From: a virus
Direction: 5' to 3' (one strand)
Length of the DNA: 64,000 bases
IMG/VR virus record: IMGVR_UViG_3300020045_002218
Coordinates: 32,001 to 96,000 of that record
This document shows, in pieces, positions 28,238 through 38,626 of this stretch. The position numbers and the translations under genes are program-made. Within the stretch, counting starts at the first letter, position 1. Every line of letters starts with the position of its first letter. The notes below the pieces were generated by a model. The model made no database searches, had not been told where the DNA came from, and saw nothing but the letters and a program-made list of their open reading frames with translations.

Positions 28238-28578
28238 CTCTCCATCGTTCAGATTCAACTATTGAAATTGAGGCAATAGTTACACTAAGTTCAAGTACTA
28301 TTGTAAACATAATAAGTGGTTTGTTTACAAATTTAAGTTCTGATGCTATAAGTGTTGGATATTTAACTGTAGAAGGAGTAAACCGAATAGAACAATGTAC
28401 ATTAAAAGGTATTATTCCAGCAAATACACATGGAACTAATACTATAAATCTTTCAGTGATGTCTGGCGGATATTCTGTAAGCACAACGTACTTTAATAGA
28501 CGTTTTTCAGATAGTGCAACAGTGCCTATGTTTGGTGGACTTCTAGCAAGTACAATCATAGTACGAGAATATGTATAA
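28237..28578 (+). pseudogene. orphan tail-fibre C-terminal domain fragment
   Basis: Frame open from 28192 with no proper start or RBS; AT-rich, begins where the GC-rich block ends. Confidence 0.45.
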
Positions 28579-28603
28579 CTATAATTAAGTAGAATATATT
28601 TAT

Positions 28604-28957
28604 ATGATAGAACCAATTTCAGTAATTTCAGAAGCAAAAGACGGTTATCAATTATCTTTAGGTATGCTAACAATTCTAATATTAGGATTTTCTTGGTTTA
28701 TTATTAAATATTTTGAAATTACAAAAAATCAAGATATTAAAGATACTGAGAATAATATAAGAATTGATAAAATTAATAAAGAGCATACTGATCAAGTTGA
28801 TAAAATTCATTTAGAACATAGCAATAGGATAGAAAGATTAATTGAATCACATAGAGCAGAAGTTTCCACTACTCTTGATAAACTTACTTCTACACTACAT
28901 GACTTACATATTGCACTTGAAAAACGTGTAGTTTCATTTAGAAATAATGAATCCTAA
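28604..28957 (+). CDS. single-TM coiled-coil protein (holin/antiholin-like)
   Basis: N-terminal TM; immediately before terL. Confidence 0.5.
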   Translation: MIEPISVISEAKDGYQLSLGMLTILILGFSWFIIKYFEITKNQDIKDTENNIRIDKINKEHTDQVDKIHLEHSNRIERLIESHRAEVSTTLDKLTSTLHDLHIALEKRVVSFRNNES

Positions 28958-30527
28958 AACAGTTGTAGAATATTTAAATAATATTTCATATAAAGAAGAT
29001 ACTAATTATGTACCTTCTTTATTTGCACTTGAATTTATTAATTTTATTAAGCTTGTTAATGGTGAGACAGGAGAAGAACACAAAACTCCTGTAATTCATT
29101 TTAAGATGTTAGATACAATCCAAGGTAAAGAAACAGATATTATCAATATGCTATTTAGAGGTAGTGCTAAAACTACGATAATGGCTGAGTATTTAATTCT
29201 TTATATTGGTACTTATGGTTCAATACCTAATTTTGGTAAAATATCTTTAGGGCTTTATGTTTCAGATTCCATTGAAAATGGTGTTAAAAACATGAGAAAG
29301 AACTTAGAGTATAGGTGGCAAAATAGTTCTTTCTTACAGGAATACATACCTTCTACAAGGTTTACAGATGTAAGGTGGGAGTTTGTTAATGCTGATGGAA
29401 TACAAACTGTATTCAAAGGATACGGTGCAAAAACGGGAGTGAGAGGAGCTAAGGAAATGGGTCAAAGACCTTACTTAGCAATATTAGATGACTTAGTTTC
29501 AGATGAAGATGCAAGGTCAGTAACAGTTATTGCAAGCATAGAAGATACTGTTTATAAAGCTATCGACTATGCACTACACCCAACTAGAAGAAAAGTAGTT
29601 TGGAACGGTACACCATTTAATTCAAGAGATCCTTTATACAAAGCAGTAGAATCTGGTGCATGGAAAGTAAATGTATTTCCTGTGTGTGAACATTTTCCCT
29701 GTACCAAAGAAGAGTTTAATGGTGCATGGGAAGATAGGTTTACTTATGAATATGTTCAAGAGAAATATATTAAAGCACTTAAAGCAGGAAAAATAGATAC
29801 ATTTAACCAAGAATTAATGTTAAGGATTATGAGTGATGAAGATAGGCTTATTACTGATTCAGATATTAGATGGTTTAAAAGAGAATCGGTATTAAAGAAT
29901 AAAGGAATATTTAATTTCTATATTACAACTGACTTTGCAACAAGTGAAAAGACTTCTGCTGACTTTAGTGTTATCTCTGTATGGGCTTATAATGCTAATG
30001 GTGACTGGTTCTGGGTTGATGGAATATGTAAGAAACAAACTATGGAAAAGAATGTAGATGAATTATTTCGTTTATCTCAAATGTATAAACCACAACAAGT
30101 AGGTATAGAAGTTACAGGTCAACAAGGAGGATTCATTCAATGGATTGAAGGAGAAATGATGAATAGAAATATTTGGTTTACTATTGCTAGTGATAATAAT
30201 TCTTCTAAACCTGGAATAAGACCTAACACTAACAAAATGCAGAGATTCAATATTGTTGTACCTTGGTTTAAGACTCATAAGATTTACTTTCCAGAAGAGT
30301 TAAAACTAGAACCAGCAATAGTAGAGTGTATGGATGAATTAAAATTAGCTAGTGCTGGAGGATTCAAATCTAAACATGATGACTTTATAGATACTATTAG
30401 TATGCTTAGTTCAATAACTCCTTGGAAACCAAGTCAAGATATTCCTGTTAAAGATACTACACAAACTTCTATATGGGAACTTGACATACCAGAAGAAAGA
30501 AACTACATTAGCTCATATATTGTATAA
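28947..30527 (+). CDS. terL: terminase large subunit (N4 gp68-like)
   Basis: FRGSAKTT, GAKTGVRG, ILDD, TTDFATS, HDDFIDTIS. Confidence 0.95.
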   Translation: MNPKTVVEYLNNISYKEDTNYVPSLFALEFINFIKLVNGETGEEHKTPVIHFKMLDTIQGKETDIINMLFRGSAKTTIMAEYLILYIGTYGSIPNFGKISLGLYVSDSIENGVKNMRKNLEYRWQNSSFLQEYIPSTRFTDVRWEFVNADGIQTVFKGYGAKTGVRGAKEMGQRPYLAILDDLVSDEDARSVTVIASIEDTVYKAIDYALHPTRRKVVWNGTPFNSRDPLYKAVESGAWKVNVFPVCEHFPCTKEEFNGAWEDRFTYEYVQEKYIKALKAGKIDTFNQELMLRIMSDEDRLITDSDIRWFKRESVLKNKGIFNFYITTDFATSEKTSADFSVISVWAYNANGDWFWVDGICKKQTMEKNVDELFRLSQMYKPQQVGIEVTGQQGGFIQWIEGEMMNRNIWFTIASDNNSSKPGIRPNTNKMQRFNIVVPWFKTHKIYFPEELKLEPAIVECMDELKLASAGGFKSKHDDFIDTISMLSSITPWKPSQDIPVKDTTQTSIWELDIPEERNYISSYIV

Positions 30528-30536
30528 GGAATATAA

Positions 30537-31166
30537 ATGTTAGTTAGTGATTTTTTAAATATTGTTAAATCAGGTAATTTATCTGAAACTAAAGTTACAG
30601 ATGCTAGTCTTCTTAATTTTTTAAACTTAGGTTTAAATGAATTATATGGTAAATATAGTCTTAATATAAAAGAAGAAAATTATGTTTTAACTTCAGATAC
30701 AGAATATGATTTACCAGATGATTTTATTTCATGTATTAAAGTAACATCCCCTTCTGAATATCATAGAGATACTAATGGTAATATAGCTAAACTATCAGAT
30801 TCGTTATTTGAATTATCTATTAATGTGTATGGTGATTGGAATAGTTTATTAATTACTGAATTTGGTATGTTAAAAATAGATAAGCCTATTGTAGGACAAT
30901 CTATTAGATTAATTTATAAAGCATCTCCAAAACAACTTACATCTTCTAATTTAACTTCTAAACTTAAAATAGGTAATCAATACTTAGAAGCATTATCTAT
31001 GTATATGACTTATCTTGGATTTATGCAGAATGGTGGTGGTACTCAAGGAGATTCAAATACTTATCTTAATAGATATGTAATGGCTTGTAATAATTTAGAA
31101 ACTAATGGAGATACAAGTAAAATATCTAATGTAAATAATAAATTTAATGAAAGAGGATTTGTATAA
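30537..31166 (+). CDS. head-tail adaptor (N4 gp67-like)
   Basis: Follows terL; NLGLNELY..L..F.ERGFV. Confidence 0.7.
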   Translation: MLVSDFLNIVKSGNLSETKVTDASLLNFLNLGLNELYGKYSLNIKEENYVLTSDTEYDLPDDFISCIKVTSPSEYHRDTNGNIAKLSDSLFELSINVYGDWNSLLITEFGMLKIDKPIVGQSIRLIYKASPKQLTSSNLTSKLKIGNQYLEALSMYMTYLGFMQNGGGTQGDSNTYLNRYVMACNNLETNGDTSKISNVNNKFNERGFV

Positions 31167-32428
31167 TGCCAACTCCAGAAGATTATGCTTTATCTGCTGC
31201 ATCCTCTGCTAATGATGCTTTATTAAGTGCATTATTAGCTACTGCTAAATCTGTTCTTACAAGTGAAGATCAGGTAGCTGCTGCTCAGTGGGCTGCTGAT
31301 GCTTATACTTATATGCTTAATTGTCAAAATGGCGTAAGTATTGTAAATAATAATTCTTCTATTGAAGCTACTATATTAGCTTTAGCTACAGATTTTGCTA
31401 CAAAGTACCTTGGCTCACATTCTACTGCCCCTGTATCAGCACAAATTGGAGCACAATATTGGAATAGTACAGATATAACAATGTATACTTGGGATGGTAC
31501 ATCTTGGATAATTCCTAGATCTTTATTTGATGGAAATATTAATGCAGGAACATCAAGTGTTTCTGAAGGTAAAGTTCAATTACGAAGAGATTTAGCAGGT
31601 TTATGGACAGTATCTAATCCTATATTATCTATAGGTGAGTTAGGTATTGAAACAGATACTGGATTTATAAAGATAGGTGATGGAGCATCTCCTTGGGTAG
31701 ATTTGCTATATTCAGGATCTCCTAAAAGTGTTATTACAGGAATTGAAAATGTAAATAATACTTCTGATGTTAATAAACCTGTATCTACTTTACAAGCTAC
31801 TGCTATTCAAACAGCTTTAAATACTGCTAAAGCATATACAGATACTTCTAGGTTAGGACATTTAATTGATGTAGGTGAATATTCTGTAGCAATATCTAAT
31901 GCTTATCCTATATCAGGAGGTTCAGGTATTTCAGGAACTATTCTAAAAGGAAATGTATTTAATTGCACTGGTTCAGGTACTATTAACTCTTTATCTATAA
32001 CAGATGGATTTTCATTAAGAGCTTTAGTAGATAATCCTACACAATCTGATACAGATTGGCTTATTACAGCTAAACCTATATTACATGATAAACCTTATAT
32101 AATTGTTTTATATATCCCAGGATTAGTAATTAATGCTTATACTTACCCTTCTCATATATTTACTATACCTGTATCCTTTGCAGTAAATTTTGAATTAAGT
32201 AAAGCTAGCAGTAAAATTTATGCAACAGATACATATACTTTAAATATTTTAAAAGGAGGATTAATTATAGGTACTATTGTATTTAATGTAGGTTCAACTA
32301 CAGGGGTATTTAGTACACCTTACATAACAACATGTAATGCAGGCGATACGATTGAAATAAGATCTCAGGATAATCCTGATGCTTCTCTTTCAGATGTATC
32401 TATATCACTTTATGGTACAAGAATTTAA
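31166..32428 (+). CDS. tail fibre protein
   Basis: Mtd-N-like QLRRD..W..NPIL..GELG.ETDT..KIGDG; NVNNTSD.NKPVST repeat. Confidence 0.75.
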   Translation: MPTPEDYALSAASSANDALLSALLATAKSVLTSEDQVAAAQWAADAYTYMLNCQNGVSIVNNNSSIEATILALATDFATKYLGSHSTAPVSAQIGAQYWNSTDITMYTWDGTSWIIPRSLFDGNINAGTSSVSEGKVQLRRDLAGLWTVSNPILSIGELGIETDTGFIKIGDGASPWVDLLYSGSPKSVITGIENVNNTSDVNKPVSTLQATAIQTALNTAKAYTDTSRLGHLIDVGEYSVAISNAYPISGGSGISGTILKGNVFNCTGSGTINSLSITDGFSLRALVDNPTQSDTDWLITAKPILHDKPYIIVLYIPGLVINAYTYPSHIFTIPVSFAVNFELSKASSKIYATDTYTLNILKGGLIIGTIVFNVGSTTGVFSTPYITTCNAGDTIEIRSQDNPDASLSDVSISLYGTRI

Positions 32429-32440
32429 TTAGGAAATATA

Positions 32441-32887
32441 ATGGCAAAAATAAGTGAATCACTTAGAAATCATCTATTAAATAATGCAGTAGCATCAGGA
32501 CTTACACCATTTGCAGTAACATTTTTTAATGGAGCAGTACCTTCACTTCCTTCAGATGCTGTAACAGGAGCTACTTTAGTTATGTTTACTGTTAATAATG
32601 ACGGTATAACAGGTGCAACATGGGGAACTGCTGTTGCTGGTATTCTTTCAAGAACACCCTCAGAAGCTATGAGTGGTACTTGTTTAATTGGAGGATCACC
32701 AACATTTTATCGAGTACATAATATTACTGAAAGTCCTTCTGCGGCAAATACGACATTTTATAGAACACAAGGTACACTTGGAGCAGCAAATACAGATGGT
32801 ATATTAGATACCTCCTTTTTTCCTATGATTTTAGGTACAGTATATAACTTAGGTAATGTTGTTATTCCTTCATATATGGGAAGTTAA
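32441..32887 (+). CDS. virion structural protein
   Basis: Late operon, AGGA RBS. Confidence 0.6.
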   Translation: MAKISESLRNHLLNNAVASGLTPFAVTFFNGAVPSLPSDAVTGATLVMFTVNNDGITGATWGTAVAGILSRTPSEAMSGTCLIGGSPTFYRVHNITESPSAANTTFYRTQGTLGAANTDGILDTSFFPMILGTVYNLGNVVIPSYMGS

Positions 32888-32892
32888 TTTTA

Positions 32893-34377
32893 GTGAATAA
32901 TCTGATTAAAGATGCTAAATATTATATGTTTTATCCTCCACCTGTATTGCAGAAAGTACCTGCATATAGCTATGAAGAAATAAGATATGTAACATCTGAA
33001 TCAGATGCTTATACGGTAAATGATGTAATTGTATTTAAAATTATTCCTCGTAAAATAAAGCAACCAAATACAGATAGAGTTGTTGTTTTTACAGAAAATA
33101 TACCAGGAAAAACTTTAGAAATTTTAAAAACATCTATATCTAATAATGGAAATAGAGCTATTAAAGTCGTTGTTAAAGTTCCTGAGAGTTATTCTTGGTT
33201 TACTCCTGTACCCTATATAAAAGAATTTAATATTGTTGGATGGAATGGCGGAGCAGTATCTAAACAATATTTTATTAATTATGGTGAAGCAGAGTTTTCT
33301 ATTGATGAAACTGCTGTAGGAGTAATTGCTGGTTTAACATCTACAAATAATGCAGTAGAAAATGCTCATTATAGTTTAATTAAATATGCTTTTTATGGTA
33401 CTTTAGGAAAGTATTCTATTTTTATAAATGGATCAGATATAGGTTTATTAAGTAAAAATTATAATTCAACTACTAAATTTAAAATTATTGTAGGTTTTTC
33501 TGGTATAAAATTTTTAGTAAATAATGTAGAAGAATACTCATATTCCGTTAAGCCAGAAATATCTACATATAATTTAGATACAAGTTTATATAATAGTTTT
33601 GATAGAGTTCTTAATGCTTCTATAAAACAAGTATCTTATGCAGAAATTGGTGTTATATCTTCTGTATTAAATTATATAATTATGAATGGTGTAAAATATC
33701 AATTACATAATAATAATATTTTAATAAATAATATTTGGTATAGTGCAATAACTAACGGATATGTAATTATAAATGGCTTACTTTATAATGTAGACGATAA
33801 TAAAATATTTTATAATGGTTTAATTATTCCAGTTATAAATAATACAGTAACTGTTTCAGGTGTACCTGAAAGTATTTATAATATTTCGTATGACACCATA
33901 ATAGTTATTAACGCTAATATATATTCTGTATTTACTGAAATAGTAAATATTAATAATCAAAAATATCCTACAGGATATTGGGTAGTAGGTTTAGATTGTA
34001 ATTTAATAAGTAAAGATTATTCTAGTAGTATAAATTTATGTAACATTGGATGTAACTTAGAACCTTACTATGATTTAACATCAACAATATTATTAGAGTC
34101 TTCTTTAATTTATTTAGGAGGAACATATATATCTTCACAAATAAATATAGATAATTCAATATATACAGAATATGTATTAAATAATAAAATAAATTTAGGT
34201 AACGTTTTATATTATGTAGGTTATTCATATATATCTAATGAATTAAAATTTAATAATTATTTATTTGCTGGTGGACTTACACCTACAATACCTCCAAAAC
34301 TTGTAAATGGTTTTGAATTAAATTGTTCTTTAAGAAATTATTTTATTGAAGATCCTTCACTGTTTGTTATTTTATAA
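32893..34377 (+). CDS. virion structural protein (beta-rich, lectin-like)
   Basis: Long ORF in tail cluster. Confidence 0.55.
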   Translation: MNNLIKDAKYYMFYPPPVLQKVPAYSYEEIRYVTSESDAYTVNDVIVFKIIPRKIKQPNTDRVVVFTENIPGKTLEILKTSISNNGNRAIKVVVKVPESYSWFTPVPYIKEFNIVGWNGGAVSKQYFINYGEAEFSIDETAVGVIAGLTSTNNAVENAHYSLIKYAFYGTLGKYSIFINGSDIGLLSKNYNSTTKFKIIVGFSGIKFLVNNVEEYSYSVKPEISTYNLDTSLYNSFDRVLNASIKQVSYAEIGVISSVLNYIIMNGVKYQLHNNNILINNIWYSAITNGYVIINGLLYNVDDNKIFYNGLIIPVINNTVTVSGVPESIYNISYDTIIVINANIYSVFTEIVNINNQKYPTGYWVVGLDCNLISKDYSSSINLCNIGCNLEPYYDLTSTILLESSLIYLGGTYISSQINIDNSIYTEYVLNNKINLGNVLYYVGYSYISNELKFNNYLFAGGLTPTIPPKLVNGFELNCSLRNYFIEDPSLFVIL

Positions 34378-34386
34378 AAAGAAATT

Positions 34387-36648
34387 ATGATTAAAAATAT
34401 AGAACTTAATAATGATGATAATGAAAATTTTAAAGTATCTAAATTAGTTAAATGGAAGAATCCTCCTAAACTGGATGACTTAAAAACTGATCTAACTACT
34501 GCATTATCAGATCATAATAAACATATATCTAAAGTAAATACTTGGTTAGATAACTTAAATATAACAGGTTCAGCTAGGATTGATAATGGTAAGAAAAGAA
34601 GTAATATTCAACCTAAACTTATCCTTAAACAAGCTGAATGGAGAAAAGCTGCATTAACAGAACCTTTCTTCTCTACAGATGATTTATTTAATGCTGAACC
34701 AATAACCTATGAAGATAAGAAATCAGCAGTACAAAATGCTTTAGTATTAAATAAACAATTTAATACAGATATTGATAAGAATAAATTTATTACGGACTAT
34801 GTACACACATTGGTTGAAGAAGGTACTGCTATTGTTCGTACTGGGTGGGAATATATTGAAGAAGTAGTAGAAGAAGAAGTACAAGACTTTGAATTTATTC
34901 CTTCACAAGATCCATCTTACATACAGAAATTACAAACATTGGCTCAAGGTAAACAAGATGATCCAATTAACTTTAGTCAAACAGTACCACAAGAGTTTCA
35001 ACAAGCTTTAGAGTTAAGTATGCAGTATAGCACACCTATGTTTCCACAAAATATAGGTTCACATATTGAAACTAAAGAAAAAATAATTAAGAATTGTCCT
35101 ACAGTAGAAGTACTTAATTTTAATGATACTATTATAGATCCATCATGTAGAGGAGATATTGATAAAGCTAGATTCTTTATTTATAGATTTGAAACAGATA
35201 TGTCTGATTTACAAAAAGCAGGTATATACTCCAATTTAGATAAAATTGATACTGAGTTTTCAGAAAATATAACTACTGATAGTTATAACAGAGAACAATA
35301 TACATTTAATTTTAAAGACAAACCAAGACAAAAATTAGTAGCTTATGAGTATTGGGGATATTGGGATATTGATGGATCAGGTATAGTTAAACCTATTGTA
35401 GTTACTTGGGTTAATAATATTATTATTAGACAAGAAGATAATCCATTTCCTCATAAAAAATTACCTTTTGTTTTAGTACAATATATACCCGTTAGACAGT
35501 CTATTTATGGTGTACCTGATGGTGAATTTTTAGAAGATAATCAAAAAATTGTAGGTGCTGTTACTAGAGGTATGATTGATCTTATGGGTAGATCAGCTAA
35601 TGCTCAACAAGGTATTAGAAAAGATGCTTTAGATGTAACTAATAAAAGAAAATTTGATAAAGGTGAAGATTATGAATTTAATCCTACTACCCATCCTAGT
35701 GAAGCATTTCACATGTCTGTATTTCCAGAAATTCCACAATCTGCTCAATATATGCTTAACTTGCAAAATATGGAAGCTGAATCTATTACAGGAGTTAAAT
35801 CCTTTTCACAAGGAATTGGTGGACAATCTTTAGGTAATGTTGCTGTAGGTATTAGAGGAGCACTAGATGCTGCTTCTAAAAGAGAATTATCTATTGCTAG
35901 AAGATTAGCTGATGGTTTGGTTAAAGTAGCTAGGCAGATAGTTTCTATGAATTCAGAATTCTTATCTGAAGAAGAAGTAATTAGAATTACTAATGAAGAC
36001 TTTGTTACTGTAAGAAGGGATGACTTAGCAGGTAATATTGACATTAGAATTAGTATTTCTACTGCTGAAGTAGATGAACAGAAAGCTCAAGAATTAAGTT
36101 TTATGCTTCAAACTATGGGTAATACAATGCCACAAGATTTCAGTCAAATGATTCTTGTAGAAATTGCTAAATTAAGAAAGATGCCAGACTTAGCTAAGAA
36201 GATTGAGAAATATGTTCCTGAACCTCCACAACCAGATCCTTTAGTAGAAGCACAATTAGCGTTGTTACAAGCTCAAACCCAAGAGATACAAGCTAAGATA
36301 GCTGAACACCAAGCACAAACAGAATTAGAATATGCTAAGATTGCTGTAGAACAAGCTAAAGCTAAACAAATGAATAGTCTTACTGATAAGACAGATTTAG
36401 ACTTCATAAACGATGAATCAGGTGTATCACATCAAAGAGCTATAGAAACTGTACAGGCTCAAGCTAAAGGTAATATTGCTTTAGAACAAACTAAACATCA
36501 ACAAAAGATTGAAAAAGGTTTATTTGATCATGAACTAAATAAAAATTTAGAAGCCAGTAAGCATCAAATGAATTTACAAAACAAAATGTTAGATCATGCT
36601 TCAAGTATGGATCAACTTCAAGCTAAACCTAAATCAGGAGTTAAATAA
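34387..36648 (+). CDS. portal protein (N4 gp59-like)
   Basis: W.NPP...QPKLI.KQAEWR..LTEPF, YEYWG..DI.G.G, GAVTRGMIDL.GRSAN. Confidence 0.95.
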   Translation: MIKNIELNNDDNENFKVSKLVKWKNPPKLDDLKTDLTTALSDHNKHISKVNTWLDNLNITGSARIDNGKKRSNIQPKLILKQAEWRKAALTEPFFSTDDLFNAEPITYEDKKSAVQNALVLNKQFNTDIDKNKFITDYVHTLVEEGTAIVRTGWEYIEEVVEEEVQDFEFIPSQDPSYIQKLQTLAQGKQDDPINFSQTVPQEFQQALELSMQYSTPMFPQNIGSHIETKEKIIKNCPTVEVLNFNDTIIDPSCRGDIDKARFFIYRFETDMSDLQKAGIYSNLDKIDTEFSENITTDSYNREQYTFNFKDKPRQKLVAYEYWGYWDIDGSGIVKPIVVTWVNNIIIRQEDNPFPHKKLPFVLVQYIPVRQSIYGVPDGEFLEDNQKIVGAVTRGMIDLMGRSANAQQGIRKDALDVTNKRKFDKGEDYEFNPTTHPSEAFHMSVFPEIPQSAQYMLNLQNMEAESITGVKSFSQGIGGQSLGNVAVGIRGALDAASKRELSIARRLADGLVKVARQIVSMNSEFLSEEEVIRITNEDFVTVRRDDLAGNIDIRISISTAEVDEQKAQELSFMLQTMGNTMPQDFSQMILVEIAKLRKMPDLAKKIEKYVPEPPQPDPLVEAQLALLQAQTQEIQAKIAEHQAQTELEYAKIAVEQAKAKQMNSLTDKTDLDFINDESGVSHQRAIETVQAQAKGNIALEQTKHQQKIEKGLFDHELNKNLEASKHQMNLQNKMLDHASSMDQLQAKPKSGVK

Positions 36649-37275
36649 TGACTTCATTTACAGAATGGTTAAAACAAAAGAATTCTGCTGCTTATGATAC
36701 ACTATCTGGTTTTGGTACTAAACCTGGGGCAGGAGGTGCAGCAATGCAAGGATTATGGAATGGAGTAGCTGATGTAGTAAGATTTCCTGCACAGATAGCA
36801 AATGAAGCAGGTAGAGAAATAGGTTTAAGAACTAATGAAGAAGCTGCCTTAGCAGCTCAACAAATAAATAATACAATACAAACCAATCCCTTTATATCTC
36901 CTCAAACTCAAGAAGTATTTACTGAATCAGCTAAACAGTATCCTATTACAGAGACGGTAAACAATATTCTTCCTTCATTAGTTGCTGGACAAGCATTATT
37001 AAAATCAGGTATAAAAGGTGTAGGAGTACCCTTAGCAGCAAGATTTCAAAATGCAAAGAAAATAGGCTCATTTAATGGCTTATCTCAATATTTAGATTCA
37101 CTTAATAACAAATAAGAAAATGATATGAAAAGTAAAGATAATAAACCAACACCTAAACCAAAGAAATGTTAAAGAACTAATATGACCTGTAAAACAGAAA
37201 CAGAACAAAGTATTAGATCATGCCTCAAATATGGATCAAATTAAAGCTAAACCTAAGCCAGGAGTTAAATAATGA
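36577..37275 (+). repeat. 75-bp imperfect direct repeat of the portal 3' end (36577-36651 and 37201-37275)
   Basis: Both copies end AAACCTAARYCAGGAGTTAAATAATGA. Confidence 0.85.
36648..37115 (+). CDS. hypothetical protein, paralog 1
   Basis: Shares LS.FG..G....GL.NGV.D.VR.PA with 37272. Confidence 0.75.
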   Translation: MTSFTEWLKQKNSAAYDTLSGFGTKPGAGGAAMQGLWNGVADVVRFPAQIANEAGREIGLRTNEEAALAAQQINNTIQTNPFISPQTQEVFTESAKQYPITETVNNILPSLVAGQALLKSGIKGVGVPLAARFQNAKKIGSFNGLSQYLDSLNNK

Positions 37276-37901
37276 ATCCTAGACAGTATTTAAAAGATTA
37301 TTACTCTAATTCTCCTAATGACAATATACTAAATCAATTAAGTAACTTTGGTTCTGAAGTTGGTGGAGGTAAATCTTTTATTAATGGATTAGCTAATGGA
37401 GTTTCTGATATAGTAAGATTACCTGCAAAAGGATTTGCTACATTAGGTTCTTTAGCGGCAGGTCAAGATCCTACAAGACGACAGAATCAAATTGATGATT
37501 TCTTTAAAATAGACGCATTACAACCTTCAGTTAAAGAATACCCTACAATAAATACTTTAGGAAATACTACTACTATATTAGGTGGTGGAACATTAGGAGG
37601 AATATCTAAAACAAAACCTTTAGTATCTAAAGCATTAGAACAAGTAGCAGGAACTCTTAAAAATACTTTAGTAGGTAACATATTACAAACAACAAATGAT
37701 AATCTTAAAAATTCTACTAATAATTCTATACAAAACTATGGTAAAGCATTTATTAATGGTTTAGGTTCAACAATAGCTAAACCTGTCACTATAGTTAATA
37801 ATGGATTAGGTTCTTTTGCAGATTATATAAATAATACAGATCATTCTGCTTTACGAGATAAACAGAATAAAAATATAAATAATTTTTTTAACTATTCTTA
37901 A
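37272..37901 (+). CDS. hypothetical protein, paralog 2
   Basis: See paralog 1. Confidence 0.75.
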   Translation: MNPRQYLKDYYSNSPNDNILNQLSNFGSEVGGGKSFINGLANGVSDIVRLPAKGFATLGSLAAGQDPTRRQNQIDDFFKIDALQPSVKEYPTINTLGNTTTILGGGTLGGISKTKPLVSKALEQVAGTLKNTLVGNILQTTNDNLKNSTNNSIQNYGKAFINGLGSTIAKPVTIVNNGLGSFADYINNTDHSALRDKQNKNINNFFNYS

Positions 37902-37911
37902 GGAATTTAAA

Positions 37912-38277
37912 ATGGAAACACGACAAAGTATCGCGTTAAAACAAAAACAAAATGGAGTAGATAATATTGAAAACAATATTACTGCTCATGCTGGAGGTAC
38001 ACAAGCTGCTGCATTAGCTTTAAATTCATCTAAAACTGTACATAATGTAACTACAGTTGCTACTGCTGCTGATTCAGTTAAATTACCCTTAGCTGTAGGT
38101 TCAGGTGTACAACATCTAGTAAATAACTCAGGAGCTAATTCTATGAAGTTATTTGGTGATGGTACAGATACTATTGATGCAGTTGCTACTGCTACAGGTG
38201 TAAGTATTGCTGCTGGTAAAGCTAGATTACTTACAGATATTGCTGTAGGTAAATGGATTAGTTTGTTAGGTGCTTAA
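37912..38277 (+). CDS. probable capsid decoration/structural protein
   Basis: Ala/Thr/Gly-rich, strong RBS. Confidence 0.55.
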   Translation: METRQSIALKQKQNGVDNIENNITAHAGGTQAAALALNSSKTVHNVTTVATAADSVKLPLAVGSGVQHLVNNSGANSMKLFGDGTDTIDAVATATGVSIAAGKARLLTDIAVGKWISLLGA

Positions 38278-38308
38278 TTAATAATTATCTCATAAGAGGA
38301 CACAAGAA

Positions 38309-38626
38309 ATGCGTAAAGAAATTGAAGAACAAATTAAAGAATTAAAAGAAGTAACAGCTTTAAGAGATTCACTAACTAAGTTAGAAAAGAATAAAGATTT
38401 TCAAAAGGTAATCTTTCAAAACTATTTTGATAAAGAACCTACTCGTTTAACTATGATTAGACCTTCTATTAAAACTGAAAATCTACCTCATATTGATGAT
38501 GCTTTTAAAGCAATAGGTTTATTAAAATTATTCTTTGATATGGTTCTAAATAAAGGTGAACAAGCAGAGACTGAGATAGCTAAACTTACTGAAGAGTTAA
38601 ATAACTTAGATGGAGAAGAAATCTAA
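38309..38626 (+). CDS. N4-like head-module protein
   Basis: L.KL..NKDF.KVI...YF pattern; position between portal and scaffold. Confidence 0.7.
   Translation: MRKEIEEQIKELKEVTALRDSLTKLEKNKDFQKVIFQNYFDKEPTRLTMIRPSIKTENLPHIDDAFKAIGLLKLFFDMVLNKGEQAETEIAKLTEELNNLDGEEI

Noticed and set aside
31166-32428. Diversity-generating retroelement suggested by the Mtd-N-like motif
   Set aside because: No reverse transcriptase and no TR/VR repeat pair seen
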